Below are positions 1 to 9,754 of a stretch of 64,000 nt of DNA, piece by piece. Source of the stretch: a virus; IMG/VR virus record IMGVR_UViG_3300030060_007200; one strand, given 5' to 3'. Made by a program: the position numbers and the translations under genes. The notes under the pieces are model-generated. The model was not told where the DNA came from. It saw only the letters and a list, made by a program, of their open reading frames with translations, and made no database searches. Position 1 is the stretch's first letter, and every line of letters starts with the position of its first letter.

Positions 1-548
1 GCAACTGTTGCACCACCAATATGTCCAGCAGAACCAAAATCAAAGTAATATTTACCTGTTGAACCATTACCTGTAACAATTGTTGTATTATCTGCAGGTA
101 CTGGAGTATCAACACCAACAAATAAATATTTTTCACCTAGAGATGATGTATATTGGAATAAGGTATGGCCATCAGCTAAAGAGCCTGTTAAAGCTAACGA
201 AGCAGATGGTCTGTTACCAGCAACCACAGTTCTATCTATATGTGTATGTGAGTTTGCATTTCCAGCATCAGTAGGCATAATTCTTACGATAGTAGCAGGG
301 CCACCATGTTTCAAATATTCTTTTGCTGTAATTGATGTTAAGTATTGATAGTAATTACTACCGGACTTGAATGAATCTCCATAAAGAGCTTGATACTCTG
401 AATATGAAAATACCTGCGTAGGTATCAATGCCGGTCCTTTTACGGTTGGTCCTACGATTGCAGCACCGATTTGAGCGACGCCTTGCTGTACAAATGATAA
501 ATCATTTTCTCTTGTAAATACACCAGGGCTAATTATTTTTTCAGCCAT
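1..548 (-). CDS. Tail sheath protein (T4 gp18-like), N-terminal part; runs off the left edge
   Basis: Not in the ORF track. Manual translation from ATG at 548 gives MAEKIISPGVFTRENDLSFVQQGVAQIGAAIVGPTVKGPALIPT, the typical sheath start SPGVxxxExD...GxxxKGP. AGGAG at 557-561. Confidence 0.9.
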   Translation of the reverse strand, partial: MAEKIISPGVFTRENDLSFVQQGVAQIGAAIVGPTVKGPALIPTQVFSYSEYQALYGDSFKSGSNYYQYLTSITAKEYLKHGGPATIVRIMPTDAGNANSHTHIDRTVVAGNRPSASLALTGSLADGHTLFQYTSSLGEKYLFVGVDTPVPADNTTIVTGNGSTGKYYFDFGSAGHIGGATV

Positions 549-604
549 TTATTTATCTCCTATCTTGTATAAGAATTAACCTTCTTAGGTCATGTTATTT
601 CTAA

Positions 605-612
605 TATAAATA
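605..612 (-). promoter_or_regulatory. Putative late promoter TATTTATA (one of about 17 copies)
   Basis: Same octamer at 3509, 4223, 7091, 9844, 11718, 15171, 20688, 24268, 30663, 39094, 48859, 50763, 56793, 59530, 60933 and 61080, nearly always just upstream of a gene start. Confidence 0.75.
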
Positions 613-635
613 TAATGATTAAATCTCAAAATATA

Positions 636-899
636 TTATTTCTCAGGCATAAATACACCTGTTTCAAGATTTAATTGGCCTACACCATATTTATCTGAAA
701 GTTCTTTGACGAAAGCTTTTTCTTCTTTTCTAATTTTGTCGTATTCTTTTTTTATTGTATTTTCGGTTTCTTCGATAACCAATTTATCCATAGCAAGTTG
801 ACCATAACTTACTGTAACAGTATTAAACCGTTGTCTAAAATCGTCTACCTTTTTCATTTCTTCTTCTGTAAACTTTGTGCCTTCTTTAATTTCAGCCAT
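636..899 (-). CDS. Small coiled-coil hypothetical protein
   Basis: 87 aa, charged and helical, with AGGAG RBS at 907-911. Confidence 0.8.
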   Translation of the reverse strand: MAEIKEGTKFTEEEMKKVDDFRQRFNTVTVSYGQLAMDKLVIEETENTIKKEYDKIRKEEKAFVKELSDKYGVGQLNLETGVFMPEK

Positions 900-920
900 T
901 TTTATTCTCCTATAACTTTA

Positions 921-1745
921 TTATGAATCCTTATATTTTTTGAACTGGGATTCGTCAGTTTCTTGATTATTTTGTATATCGTCCATTGTCTGAACTGTTT
1001 CATTACTAACAATTATTTTTACCTTTCCATAATCTTTAGGATTATAGTTAGACATTGCTTTTTGTATACTATCAGGTATAATAAATCCATTCATACTTAA
1101 TGTAAATGTTGATTTAGATATCCTATCCTCTCCTTGATTTGCAACAGATTCGATGTCAAAACTGTCAATTTTAGAAAGAAACTTAAAGGTATTATCCTGT
1201 CCCCAATATTGGTCTGCAGCATAATTTACATCTTCTATTATCTTATTTAGCTGTTCTAGATATTCTGTAAATATAACGCAGTCGTATGATAATTTTACAT
1301 AATCAGGTATTACAACATTGTGAAATTGTGTTTGAGGTTTTCTACCTGTCAATATATCAAATCTATCATATCTATTTCTTTGTGTATATTTTTTCTGAAA
1401 ACCATAGTATAATGGATTTTTTGTATCTACTTTACTTCCTAGGTCTCTACGTCTTTCGACGCTAGTTCTTTTATATACTATTGCAGGAAATTGTATTTTA
1501 CCTTTACTATCTCTATATATTCCTGTTTTCTGTATCGACTTCCATCTTTCTGGTGAGCCATAAACAACAGGTACATTTATACGACTACCATCTTCCATAA
1601 TACCTGGTTGTATCACATTATCGAAATAGTATTTTATTACAGAATCAACATCATATAAATTAACAGATAAATCTTTTATATTGTCGTCTCGTCTAATTTG
1701 ATTAGACCTATCTACGCTTTTATTCAATCTATTTGGATTAGCCAT
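921..1745 (-). CDS. Tail completion / sheath stabiliser (gp15-like)
   Basis: VPVVYGSPERW...FPAI...VVIPDYVKLSY...EQLNKIIE pattern; lies between neck and sheath genes. Start moved to the ATG at 1745, which follows GAGGAGG. Confidence 0.7.
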   Translation of the reverse strand: MANPNRLNKSVDRSNQIRRDDNIKDLSVNLYDVDSVIKYYFDNVIQPGIMEDGSRINVPVVYGSPERWKSIQKTGIYRDSKGKIQFPAIVYKRTSVERRRDLGSKVDTKNPLYYGFQKKYTQRNRYDRFDILTGRKPQTQFHNVVIPDYVKLSYDCVIFTEYLEQLNKIIEDVNYAADQYWGQDNTFKFLSKIDSFDIESVANQGEDRISKSTFTLSMNGFIIPDSIQKAMSNYNPKDYGKVKIIVSNETVQTMDDIQNNQETDESQFKKYKDS

Positions 1746-2340
1746 ATAATCCTCCTCTCTGCTCATCTATTTTTGTACCTGATATATATTCATCGTATCC
1801 TGCTCTTACTTTTTCAAGTGTTGCAATTTTACTTCTTCTCATTTCGTGTGTTTCAACAATTACAGACCACGAAGAACCGTGTGTTCCACTATTAGAATCT
1901 GTAGCAGGATTTTTACCAAACAAATATTGTCCAGATGATACGGTATCTATCTCGTGATAGTTGTTATCCCAATGTATAACATCACCTATCTCTAAAAATA
2001 TATCTGCTTCTTGGTGATTTAGATTTGGATTTGTTGTATTACCAGTACCTGAATTTTCTAAATCAGCTAAATCATCTCGTAAAAATGAAAACTTAACCTG
2101 TCTTGTAAAATCAGCACCAAGTTCTTCTGATGTATATTCTTTACCTTCCTTGTCTATAAGACCTGCAACTCTTACTCCAGGTTTGAAAACCTTATTAAGA
2201 GCCTCGCCATATAGATTCTCTTTACTGTCAAAAATAGAGTACTTGTATATATCACATCGAGTGTCAATGATTTCATTTAACAGCTCTCTGTTTAGATGCC
2301 TGAATAGACTTATATCTCTACTTCCTCCAAATAGTGCCAT
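1738..2340 (-). CDS. Neck / head-closure protein (gp14-like)
   Basis: Follows the gp13-like gene; NLYGEA and IGDVIHW motifs; synteny with T4 13-14-15. Confidence 0.65.
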   Translation of the reverse strand: MALFGGSRDISLFRHLNRELLNEIIDTRCDIYKYSIFDSKENLYGEALNKVFKPGVRVAGLIDKEGKEYTSEELGADFTRQVKFSFLRDDLADLENSGTGNTTNPNLNHQEADIFLEIGDVIHWDNNYHEIDTVSSGQYLFGKNPATDSNSGTHGSSWSVIVETHEMRRSKIATLEKVRAGYDEYISGTKIDEQRGGLYG

Positions 2341-2341
2341 G

Positions 2342-3484
2342 TTATCCTATGTATATATTAAGTGGTACACCATTTAGCATACCTTGTTGAAATTCATTTA
2401 TTTCCTGTTCACGCTCCATCATGTTTCTTCTTGACGTTGCCTCTAGGTCTTCTCTCAATGCAGCTATTAAAGCTTCTGCCTCTGCAATACCTTCTGCTCT
2501 CATAGTATCACCATCTAATGTTGTTTCAGAACCAGGAATTGGTATAGAAGAATATTTACTTCTTACAGAACCAAGTACTTGTTTTACCAATGCCAATGTA
2601 TATTTTCTTATCCATTGTACACCTGGGTCGTTAATCATTGAGTATGCATGAGTGTCATATCCTATATCTGAATAATCTGATACTGACGATGTGTATGATG
2701 ATGTTACAAGTGTATTTCTGTCAGCAGTATTTATATATTGTATATAAAATTTATATCCAGATTGAGGTCTTGGAAATACCTTTATTTTATTATTTATCAA
2801 TTCAAATGTATAATGAGATTTTCTAACAGTGTCGTTAAACTCTGTATGTTGTATTTTTAACATATCATCATATATTGGTAGTGCTAGGTATTGTATACCA
2901 CCTAATGTACTTCCCCAACCAAATGAATTCATTGCATAGTCAGAACCAAATTGTGGGTCATAATGTCTAGTCTCTGCAGGTGTATTATGATGGAAAACTC
3001 TTTTAACTTCTATGTCTGCAGTTTCTACAGTACCTGCTGAACTTGTTAAAACTAGGTCTAGGTCATATTCTTGTACACTAGCAGTTGTAACAAAGTGTCC
3101 TGTTTCCCAATCTACAGTACCACCTGAGCCTGCTTCTGTACCATATTGTTTAGACAGACCTATAATTCTACCTAGACTAGGGTTAATAAGTTTATGTGTA
3201 TATGATACAGTTGATGTACCTTGAGCAGTTAATAAGTTATTTCTAATATTCCATCTATTTACCTGAGCACTATATTCACTTACAGCTTCTTCATAACAAG
3301 CAAAAAATTGCTCGTCTTGTAATTCTATATCTGTTATAGGATAACCTAATCTTCTAGCGCACCAGTCTGCAGTGTTTGCTGATGCTGTTACATAAGTTGT
3401 ATCATTGTCGTACAATCCAAAAGGTGTACTTCCACTTACAGCAGTAATGTCTGCTGAACCATCATATATTGCAATATTTGCCAT
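2342..3484 (-). CDS. Neck protein (gp13-like)
   Basis: RRLGYPITDIEL at the N-terminus, WIRKYTLALVKQVLGSVRSKY, and C-terminal PLNIYIG. Confidence 0.8.
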   Translation of the reverse strand: MANIAIYDGSADITAVSGSTPFGLYDNDTTYVTASANTADWCARRLGYPITDIELQDEQFFACYEEAVSEYSAQVNRWNIRNNLLTAQGTSTVSYTHKLINPSLGRIIGLSKQYGTEAGSGGTVDWETGHFVTTASVQEYDLDLVLTSSAGTVETADIEVKRVFHHNTPAETRHYDPQFGSDYAMNSFGWGSTLGGIQYLALPIYDDMLKIQHTEFNDTVRKSHYTFELINNKIKVFPRPQSGYKFYIQYINTADRNTLVTSSYTSSVSDYSDIGYDTHAYSMINDPGVQWIRKYTLALVKQVLGSVRSKYSSIPIPGSETTLDGDTMRAEGIAEAEALIAALREDLEATSRRNMMEREQEINEFQQGMLNGVPLNIYIG

Positions 3485-3536
3485 TTAAGATTCCCTATTC
3501 TACTTTTATATAAATATCAAGAAGTAAGCTCTTTAA

Positions 3537-4199
3537 TTACATACCCATTAACATTTCAAACACCTCGTCTATTGCTGGATGTCTATGATTATCTAATAAT
3601 ATTCTTTTATATACATATTTAGAATCTGCAACTTTTGCTATATCATGTATTGCAGAATAATTTTTATCTTTCAAATCTATTTGTTGATTATCTCCACAAA
3701 ATATCATTGTCGAACCTTTTCCTAATCTTCCTAATGCCATTCGTAATTGAGACCTAGTTAAATTCTGAAACTCATCTACAATCACAACAGAGTTTTCAAA
3801 TGTTCTACCTCTAAAATGTGCAAGTGAAACAAGTTCTATATCTTCATTGTTTTCCATCTTTTCTAATATAGCAGGTTTATTATATACCTTTCTCATATTA
3901 GAACGAATAGGTACCAACCAAGGTTCCATCTTTTCTTTTTCACTACCAGGTAAAAAACCATTATCTTCTGTAGATACTGTAGGTCTTGTAATAATTATTT
4001 TGTTTATCATTCTTTTGAAAAACATATCTAAAGCAACCTGGCATGCCAACAATGTTTTACCACTACCTGCCTTTCCTACTATAAAATTATAAGGATGATG
4101 TAGTACAGCTTGTTTTGCGGATTTCTGCTCTTCTGATAGTGTTATTGAAAATTTAACATTTCCTTTCGGCGGTGTTTTTTCTATATTCTGCTTTGCCAT
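3537..4199 (-). CDS. phoH: PhoH-family ATPase
   Basis: GKAGSGKT, ITRP, GFLPG, RGRTF, VDEFQN, GDxxQxD and RH motifs. Confidence 0.95.
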   Translation of the reverse strand: MAKQNIEKTPPKGNVKFSITLSEEQKSAKQAVLHHPYNFIVGKAGSGKTLLACQVALDMFFKRMINKIIITRPTVSTEDNGFLPGSEKEKMEPWLVPIRSNMRKVYNKPAILEKMENNEDIELVSLAHFRGRTFENSVVIVDEFQNLTRSQLRMALGRLGKGSTMIFCGDNQQIDLKDKNYSAIHDIAKVADSKYVYKRILLDNHRHPAIDEVFEMLMGM

Positions 4200-4239
4200 A
4201 ATCGAACCTCCATTGTATTTACTATAAATATGCAGACAT

Positions 4240-4264
4240 AAAAAAAGTCCCTCCGAAGAGGGAC
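4240..4264 (-). terminator. Intrinsic terminator after the major capsid gene
   Basis: Minus strand GUCCCUC-UUCG-GAGGGAC followed by a U-run. Confidence 0.9.
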
Positions 4265-4298
4265 CTTTAATAATATAATTCTAATTCTTACTAAGTTA

Positions 4299-5951
4299 TT
4301 AGCTAGAGAAAGAACCAGATATTGAACCAAAGTTTGATACCCAAGCAGCATCGTTGACAATAACTTTACCGTAGAAGTCGTTACGAACAACTTTCTTCGC
4401 GTATCTTGTCATCACACCTTTTCTTGGAGTAAAGTTTGTTGGGTCATATACTAGTGGAGTCATGATTAACGGAATGTATGGAGCAAATACAGCACCAGTT
4501 TCAAGGAATTGAGTTCCTCTAAATCCAGTTAATACAGTTTCACCTGTCCAGTATGGGTTTTTGTAAATTGTAAATCTGTTCGAAAGTGAACCGATTGCAG
4601 TTACACCCATTGCGAATTGTCCTGCAGTACCATCAGTATTTGCAGAATATCCAGCGATAGACTCAAAGTATGTAGCGATTTGTGGTGAACAAACAACAAA
4701 GTTAGCACCGCCACGCATAGTTGACTGGTGAATTGTGTTTGACATTACTTGTAAAGTAACACCTAATCTAGCAAATGCGTCACCGTAAGTTTCTCCAGCA
4801 GCTGGGTCAGCAGCGTTGAATGTTGCAGAGAATGCAGCAGCGTTGTTAAGCATTGCAAGAATTTCCATATCGATTTCCATTGAAATGTATTCAGATAGCA
4901 TAGACGTTAATTCTGCTTCAGCATCAATTGAATGATAAGCATTTAAGTCTTGTGCAAATTCTGGTGACCATTTAACTTTTAATTTTCTAGTCTTAGCAAC
5001 TAAAGCCTCTTGAGTTAATTGAACATCGATTTCAGGAATTTCTAAATCGCCTGAAGTAGCAGTGATTTCTGGTTGTACAGTATCTTCACCTGGCGTAGCT
5101 CTTTTTAATGCATCAGTAGTATTCGTGTAGTAGAATAAAGTACCACCAGTACCTGGAAGAACCATGTTACCACCTGGAGCAACTGCAGAATTACCAACTC
5201 CCTTAAATGTAACAGTAGTAGTACCGTTATAAGCAGAAGCAGTAAATAAACAGTCAGCTTGAGCAGTAGTAAGACCTTCAGTACCATTTGTAAAGTCTGT
5301 TACTGTAGAAGTAGTCGAACCAGAAATTACATAGAATGAAGATGCTAAATCATAGTCTACGTCAGTTGGAGGAGTTCCAAATGAAAGAGTACCTGCAAGG
5401 TTTAATGCACCTGATGATAAATCAGAAGATGCAGAAACTGCAATTTTGTTTTTCATTATAGAATATCCAGCATTAACACCACCCATGTTAGTGTCCCAGT
5501 TACCGTATAAACCGTTGTTAATATTTGGCGCATCTTTGCCAGAACCACCATATAAAGAATCACCAGTTTCGTGACGTCCTTTTGAATGGTCAGCACCTGA
5601 GCCGCCGTATTTGAAGTCTAACCAGAAAACTAAACCTGAAGGCAAGTTCATTGGTTGTACGCTGACAAATTCCTTTGCAGAAATTTCAGCAAAGATTCTT
5701 CTAACTAATGGAAGAGCCACACCATTCCAGTTTTCTCTATTAGTACCAGTATCGATACTGTTAGCTTCTGAAATAAGTTGCTTAGCTTGGTTTTCTAAAA
5801 GAATCGCAGTGTTGTGCTTGTTGTACTCCTCAGAGATTCCTTCTAAAAGACCAGTCTTTTCCCATTTAGTTACAAGACCTCTAGTTTCGTTTCTCTGTGC
5901 TCTGAATTGAGCTTGAGAATCTTGTAATAAATCGTTGATTTGTGTTGACAT
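4299..5951 (-). CDS. Major capsid protein (T4 gp23-like)
   Basis: ILLENQ, PLVRR, VSVQPMNLPSG, TRKLKVKWSPEFAQDLNAYH, YIPL and PRKGVMTRY motifs. Confidence 0.97.
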   Translation of the reverse strand: MSTQINDLLQDSQAQFRAQRNETRGLVTKWEKTGLLEGISEEYNKHNTAILLENQAKQLISEANSIDTGTNRENWNGVALPLVRRIFAEISAKEFVSVQPMNLPSGLVFWLDFKYGGSGADHSKGRHETGDSLYGGSGKDAPNINNGLYGNWDTNMGGVNAGYSIMKNKIAVSASSDLSSGALNLAGTLSFGTPPTDVDYDLASSFYVISGSTTSTVTDFTNGTEGLTTAQADCLFTASAYNGTTTVTFKGVGNSAVAPGGNMVLPGTGGTLFYYTNTTDALKRATPGEDTVQPEITATSGDLEIPEIDVQLTQEALVAKTRKLKVKWSPEFAQDLNAYHSIDAEAELTSMLSEYISMEIDMEILAMLNNAAAFSATFNAADPAAGETYGDAFARLGVTLQVMSNTIHQSTMRGGANFVVCSPQIATYFESIAGYSANTDGTAGQFAMGVTAIGSLSNRFTIYKNPYWTGETVLTGFRGTQFLETGAVFAPYIPLIMTPLVYDPTNFTPRKGVMTRYAKKVVRNDFYGKVIVNDAAWVSNFGSISGSFSS

Positions 5952-5985
5952 TTTTAAGTCTCCTTATTATTTTGTCGTTAAAAAA

Positions 5986-6969
5986 TTATTTTAATCCTGC
6001 CAACCTTTGCATTCTTGACGCGAAGGTGTTTGATTCAACAATAACATCTTTCGATGGTTTTGTAGAACCGATAGTTTTTGATGCGAAGCTTTCGTTAACT
6101 CTTTTCTTTGGAGTATAATTCGTGATTGATTCAGCCAAAGTAGTGTATACTAATTTAACCTCTCTTACAGAATTTGCTCTATCGAAAGTTTCGATAACTT
6201 TCATCTTTTGTGATTCAGACAATGAATTGCTTCTGAATAATTTGTTAGAGTAAAGTAGTTTTGAATTTAACAAATTAACCTCATTGATTTTACCTTTTAA
6301 GTACTTGATTACTTTATAAGCTTCTTCCAATTCAGTTTCTGTTTTTTCATCTTCAGTCTCTTCAACTTCAGTTTCTTCCATTTCGTCTTCTTCTCTTAAT
6401 GCGTTAATTATCTCGTCCAAATCCATTTCGTCCACATCATCTTCTTCGTCCAAAGGTTCTGCATCGTTTTCACCACCGTCTACTGGCTTCTCATTAGCAC
6501 CAGGGTCCTCAGCTCCATCTTTAGAGTTGATATCACCTGTTTCTTGAGAGTCAGCACCTAGGTCAGCGTCAACCTCTGCTTCTTCTTCTTCCAATTCTTT
6601 AATGATTTCTTCCAATTCAGCGTCTGTCTCGTCCATGTCCATTTCATCAGTAGTTTCTTCAACTTCTGTTTCATCGTATGTTTCTTCCATGTCCATTTCT
6701 GTTTTCTCATCTTCAGTTTCTTCAACTTCAGTTTCTTCCACGTCAGTTTCTTCTACCTCAGTTTCATCAGTGGCCATAGCCATTTCTGTTGCTTCAGCAT
6801 CAGTTTCTTCCATGTCGTCTTCATCCATTTCTTCTGCGATTTTGTTAGACAGCATTGATTGTAATTTTGGAGTGAATGCTTCTTCTAGAGCTAATTTAGC
6901 ATTTGCAATTGCAGTTGAACGAACCGCCTTTGCGTCAGCAATAGCCTCTTTTAATAAGTCTTTTGACAT
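5986..6969 (-). CDS. Prohead scaffold/core protein (gp22-like)
   Basis: Very acidic centre, coiled coil and C-terminal RMQRLAGL; directly upstream of the capsid gene. Confidence 0.85.
   Translation of the reverse strand: MSKDLLKEAIADAKAVRSTAIANAKLALEEAFTPKLQSMLSNKIAEEMDEDDMEETDAEATEMAMATDETEVEETDVEETEVEETEDEKTEMDMEETYDETEVEETTDEMDMDETDAELEEIIKELEEEEAEVDADLGADSQETGDINSKDGAEDPGANEKPVDGGENDAEPLDEEDDVDEMDLDEIINALREEDEMEETEVEETEDEKTETELEEAYKVIKYLKGKINEVNLLNSKLLYSNKLFRSNSLSESQKMKVIETFDRANSVREVKLVYTTLAESITNYTPKKRVNESFASKTIGSTKPSKDVIVESNTFASRMQRLAGLK
6340..6830 (-). repeat. Low-complexity acidic E-T-E-V-E-E-T-E repeats in the scaffold gene
   Basis: ETEVEETE/DVEETE units; TEVEETEDEKTE occurs twice (around 6340-6380 and 6695-6735). 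Confidence 0.7.
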
Positions 6970-7120
6970 TATTTTTCTCCTTTAATAAATTGTTCTGGAA
7001 ATAAGGCTATTAGGAGCCTTAATAGGTATTATATACTATATGCTGTATTATATTGAAAATAATACTTTTTGTGCATATCTAATTTTCTTATATAAATATA
7101 TATGTAAATACCGAAAAACT

Positions 7121-7144
7121 AAAAAAGAGCTTAAAAAAGCTCTT
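7121..7144 (-). terminator. Intrinsic terminator after bS21
   Basis: Minus strand AAGAGCUU-UUUU-AAGCUCUU followed by a U-run. Confidence 0.75.
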
Positions 7145-7166
7145 CTTTATTAAAATTTCTTAGATT

Positions 7167-7511
7167 TTATTGGGCACCTCCTTTCGTCATCGCCATCCAT
7201 ACATATCCTTTATCATTCATAGCCTCAATTCTAGAATGATACTGTTGTTTTCTTACAGCATCCTCTTTTTGTTTTCTTCGTATTGCGCTAGGTTTGATAT
7301 ACTCCTTTTTGCTTTTGTATCTCATAATCTTTTCAGAATCTTTTAATTGACGTTTGAGATATTTCATTGCTCTTTCCAATGAATACGTACTTGAATCTGG
7401 TACCTTAACTCCTTCAGGACAGCCTTCTAAATAAAAGTCGTGTCTTCCAAAGCTTTTCTTTCTAAAAGACTTTTTCTTAAAGTCCTTTTTATAGTTCTGT
7501 TTGTGCTTCAT
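7167..7511 (-). CDS. rpsU: Phage-encoded 30S ribosomal protein bS21 with N- and C-terminal extensions
   Basis: Core GVKV...SLERAMKYLKRQLKDSEKIMRYKSKKEYIKPSAIRRKQK matches the bS21 pattern (ExAL+xfKR...YxKPS). Confidence 0.88.
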   Translation of the reverse strand: MKHKQNYKKDFKKKSFRKKSFGRHDFYLEGCPEGVKVPDSSTYSLERAMKYLKRQLKDSEKIMRYKSKKEYIKPSAIRRKQKEDAVRKQQYHSRIEAMNDKGYVWMAMTKGGAQ

Positions 7512-7544
7512 GTAATATTTTTTAGCGTTAAACTTAATTTATAT

Positions 7545-7592
7545 CTAATATAATAAAAAAATCCGATATATAAAAACATATACCGGACTTTT
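7545..7592 (-). promoter_or_regulatory. Terminator hairpin overlapping a host-type promoter in front of bS21
   Basis: Minus strand UCCGGUAUAU/AUAUAUCGGA hairpin plus U-run, then TATTATATTAG. Same TCG...TATATTAG layout as the early-region promoters. Confidence 0.6.
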
Positions 7593-7609
7593 TACAATTT
7601 TATTATTTT

Positions 7610-8689
7610 TTATGATTCTGATGCAGATTTCCAAGCCGCTGCAGATGGTGCGCCTTTTGCTCCTTTCTTTCTCATCTTCTTACCAGATTTTCTTCTTTTA
7701 TGGATATTAGCCCACAATCCAGGATTTTTCTTTTCATCGATAAGACCTTCTCTTACAATATCTCTGAAATTTTTGCTATCGGTAACTATCTTTGATTTTT
7801 TAATTATCTCTTGATAATATCCTTTTACCTCTCCAGCTCTTGATGCAACATAATCTTTTCTCCAATTACCAAGTCTCTCATCACCTTTTGCAGCGTCGAT
7901 TTCTTTTTCGTATTCTGCAGCATCTCTTACATAATTTTCATAAGCTCTAACCATATTACCATAAGCGTTAGCTATTGTTTGGTATGAATCCCAACCGTTA
8001 TTGTATTTACCTTTCTTTAGCATTTGTGTATTATAGTCAAATACTTTAGAAACAATAGTTGTTGCTTCATCTAACAATTTCTTTAGTGCGTCAGGACCTT
8101 TGGCCAATACTTTAGCTTGCAATGCTTTTTTATACCTTTTCATATTTTGGTCAACAACTTCTTTATTTTTCATAAGTGCCGTTGCACCTTGCTTTGCAGC
8201 TACCCTTGCAGCTTGTTTATCTTTTGCTGAAGGTATATCGGATAAAGCAATGCTAATTACTCTGTCAGCTACCTCGTTATATCTCTTGTAATTGTCAAGC
8301 TTTTTACCTTGACTACCAATTTTAGCATTTGCATCTCTCCATCTTTGTTTTGGCCAGTACATAGATTTTTTACCTATTGTAATACCTATAATACCTGGTT
8401 GGAGTGAACCGTATTCATATCCTTGTTTGTATGGATTTTCTTTTCTGGTGTCTACAATAAAAATATTCATGTGGTCATTAGAAGGGTTTGCGCCGTCTTT
8501 TACCATAGAATCTTCTACATCTGACCAAGCCATTCCTTTAGACTTTGCAGTCACATCAAAGAATTTTCTGTCCCTTGAATCCATAAGCTTGAAAAGATTT
8601 GTAATTTTAGATGATGCAAATTTTTCTGAGATTAAAGATTTCATTATCTCTTCTCTAATCATTTTTCTTAATTTAGATTCTTTGCTCAT
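7610..8689 (-). CDS. Probable internal head protein
   Basis: N-terminal KLRKMIREEI...LISE leader, basic C-terminal GLWANIH...KGAP module after LIDE; located in the head cluster. Confidence 0.55.
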   Translation of the reverse strand: MSKESKLRKMIREEIMKSLISEKFASSKITNLFKLMDSRDRKFFDVTAKSKGMAWSDVEDSMVKDGANPSNDHMNIFIVDTRKENPYKQGYEYGSLQPGIIGITIGKKSMYWPKQRWRDANAKIGSQGKKLDNYKRYNEVADRVISIALSDIPSAKDKQAARVAAKQGATALMKNKEVVDQNMKRYKKALQAKVLAKGPDALKKLLDEATTIVSKVFDYNTQMLKKGKYNNGWDSYQTIANAYGNMVRAYENYVRDAAEYEKEIDAAKGDERLGNWRKDYVASRAGEVKGYYQEIIKKSKIVTDSKNFRDIVREGLIDEKKNPGLWANIHKRRKSGKKMRKKGAKGAPSAAAWKSASES

Positions 8690-8691
8690 GT

Positions 8692-9753
8692 TTATACTCC
8701 AATCTTTGAATATGTTAACATATCGTTAATTGCCTTAAGTGCTTTTTTCTTTGCAGATTCAAATTCTTTTCCGTATCTTCCTGAACCTCCACCTTTTTTG
8801 GCATTTGATACCATTTTCATTATATCACCAATTTGCTTTGTTTCTTTAGAAGATTTCATTTTAGGTGCAGCTTCTGTTCTAAGATTAAGTCCTATACCTG
8901 GAGCTGATATAACATTTGATAAACCTTCGAATGCTTCATTTACAAGTTTATTAAATTTATCTGGTCTTTTACCTTCGTATCTTAAATCAAACATTAAATC
9001 TTGTATTTTTTTAGATGTAGCATTACCACCAGCTTTTTCAATTGCACGTCTAGCTTTCACAGCATTTTTAGCCAAAATTACATAATGTCCTTTTTTACCT
9101 TTAACATATCTATCAGCTTGAATTTTAGAGCCAGCTGGCCTTGAATTACCTCTTGGGTCAATTACTACATAAGATTCATTAACCGCTCCTTCATTTTTAC
9201 CTTTGTGTTTTTTATCTATAAGGTTAAAAAATTCTTTTTTCTTTTCGTCATCTAAATCTGCAGGTGAGTCTGCTCCAAATTTAGCCAATACAGCCTTGAA
9301 TAATTTTTGATATTTTTCTTGAGCCTCTGATTCGTCCACAGTTTCTTCTGTATGTCCTGGTTCATGAACTTCTTTTATTTCATAGTACTTACCAAGTTTT
9401 CCACCTATATCTTCAAATACAGATTCTAATCTTTGTTGTAGTGTAGATATTTCTTTGAATGTATTTTCAAATACTTTTACAGATTCTCCTATAGATTTTG
9501 TATCTCTTTTTACAGATACTGCATCGAACCAATCAGCAGTTTCTTCTATTGCCATTCTGCTAGCGTTTTCTGCCAATTTTTTAATATTTTCTACAAGCTC
9601 AGTTATTTCTTGTGTTTTATATACGTTTTGTCCTAACTCGTTAAATTTAGAAACAGCCTCTAGTGTTTGAGCCTTTTCCTCTTCAGTCATTCTTTTATTT
9701 TCAGTTGACTCGTTTAAGGAATGCTTCCAATTTCTAATATCAAATTTACTCAT
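8692..9753 (-). CDS. Probable internal head/core protein
   Basis: Start moved to MSKFDIRN (AGGAG at 9762-9766). Several [LV]NE-type sites separate modules. Confidence 0.55.
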   Translation of the reverse strand: MSKFDIRNWKHSLNESTENKRMTEEEKAQTLEAVSKFNELGQNVYKTQEITELVENIKKLAENASRMAIEETADWFDAVSVKRDTKSIGESVKVFENTFKEISTLQQRLESVFEDIGGKLGKYYEIKEVHEPGHTEETVDESEAQEKYQKLFKAVLAKFGADSPADLDDEKKKEFFNLIDKKHKGKNEGAVNESYVVIDPRGNSRPAGSKIQADRYVKGKKGHYVILAKNAVKARRAIEKAGGNATSKKIQDLMFDLRYEGKRPDKFNKLVNEAFEGLSNVISAPGIGLNLRTEAAPKMKSSKETKQIGDIMKMVSNAKKGGGSGRYGKEFESAKKKALKAINDMLTYSKIGV

Positions 9754-9754
9754 T

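Noticed and set aside
605-612. Plus-strand T4 late promoters (TATAAATA) driving plus-strand genes
   Set aside because: No credible plus-strand genes follow them; the motif consistently sits upstream of minus-strand starts.
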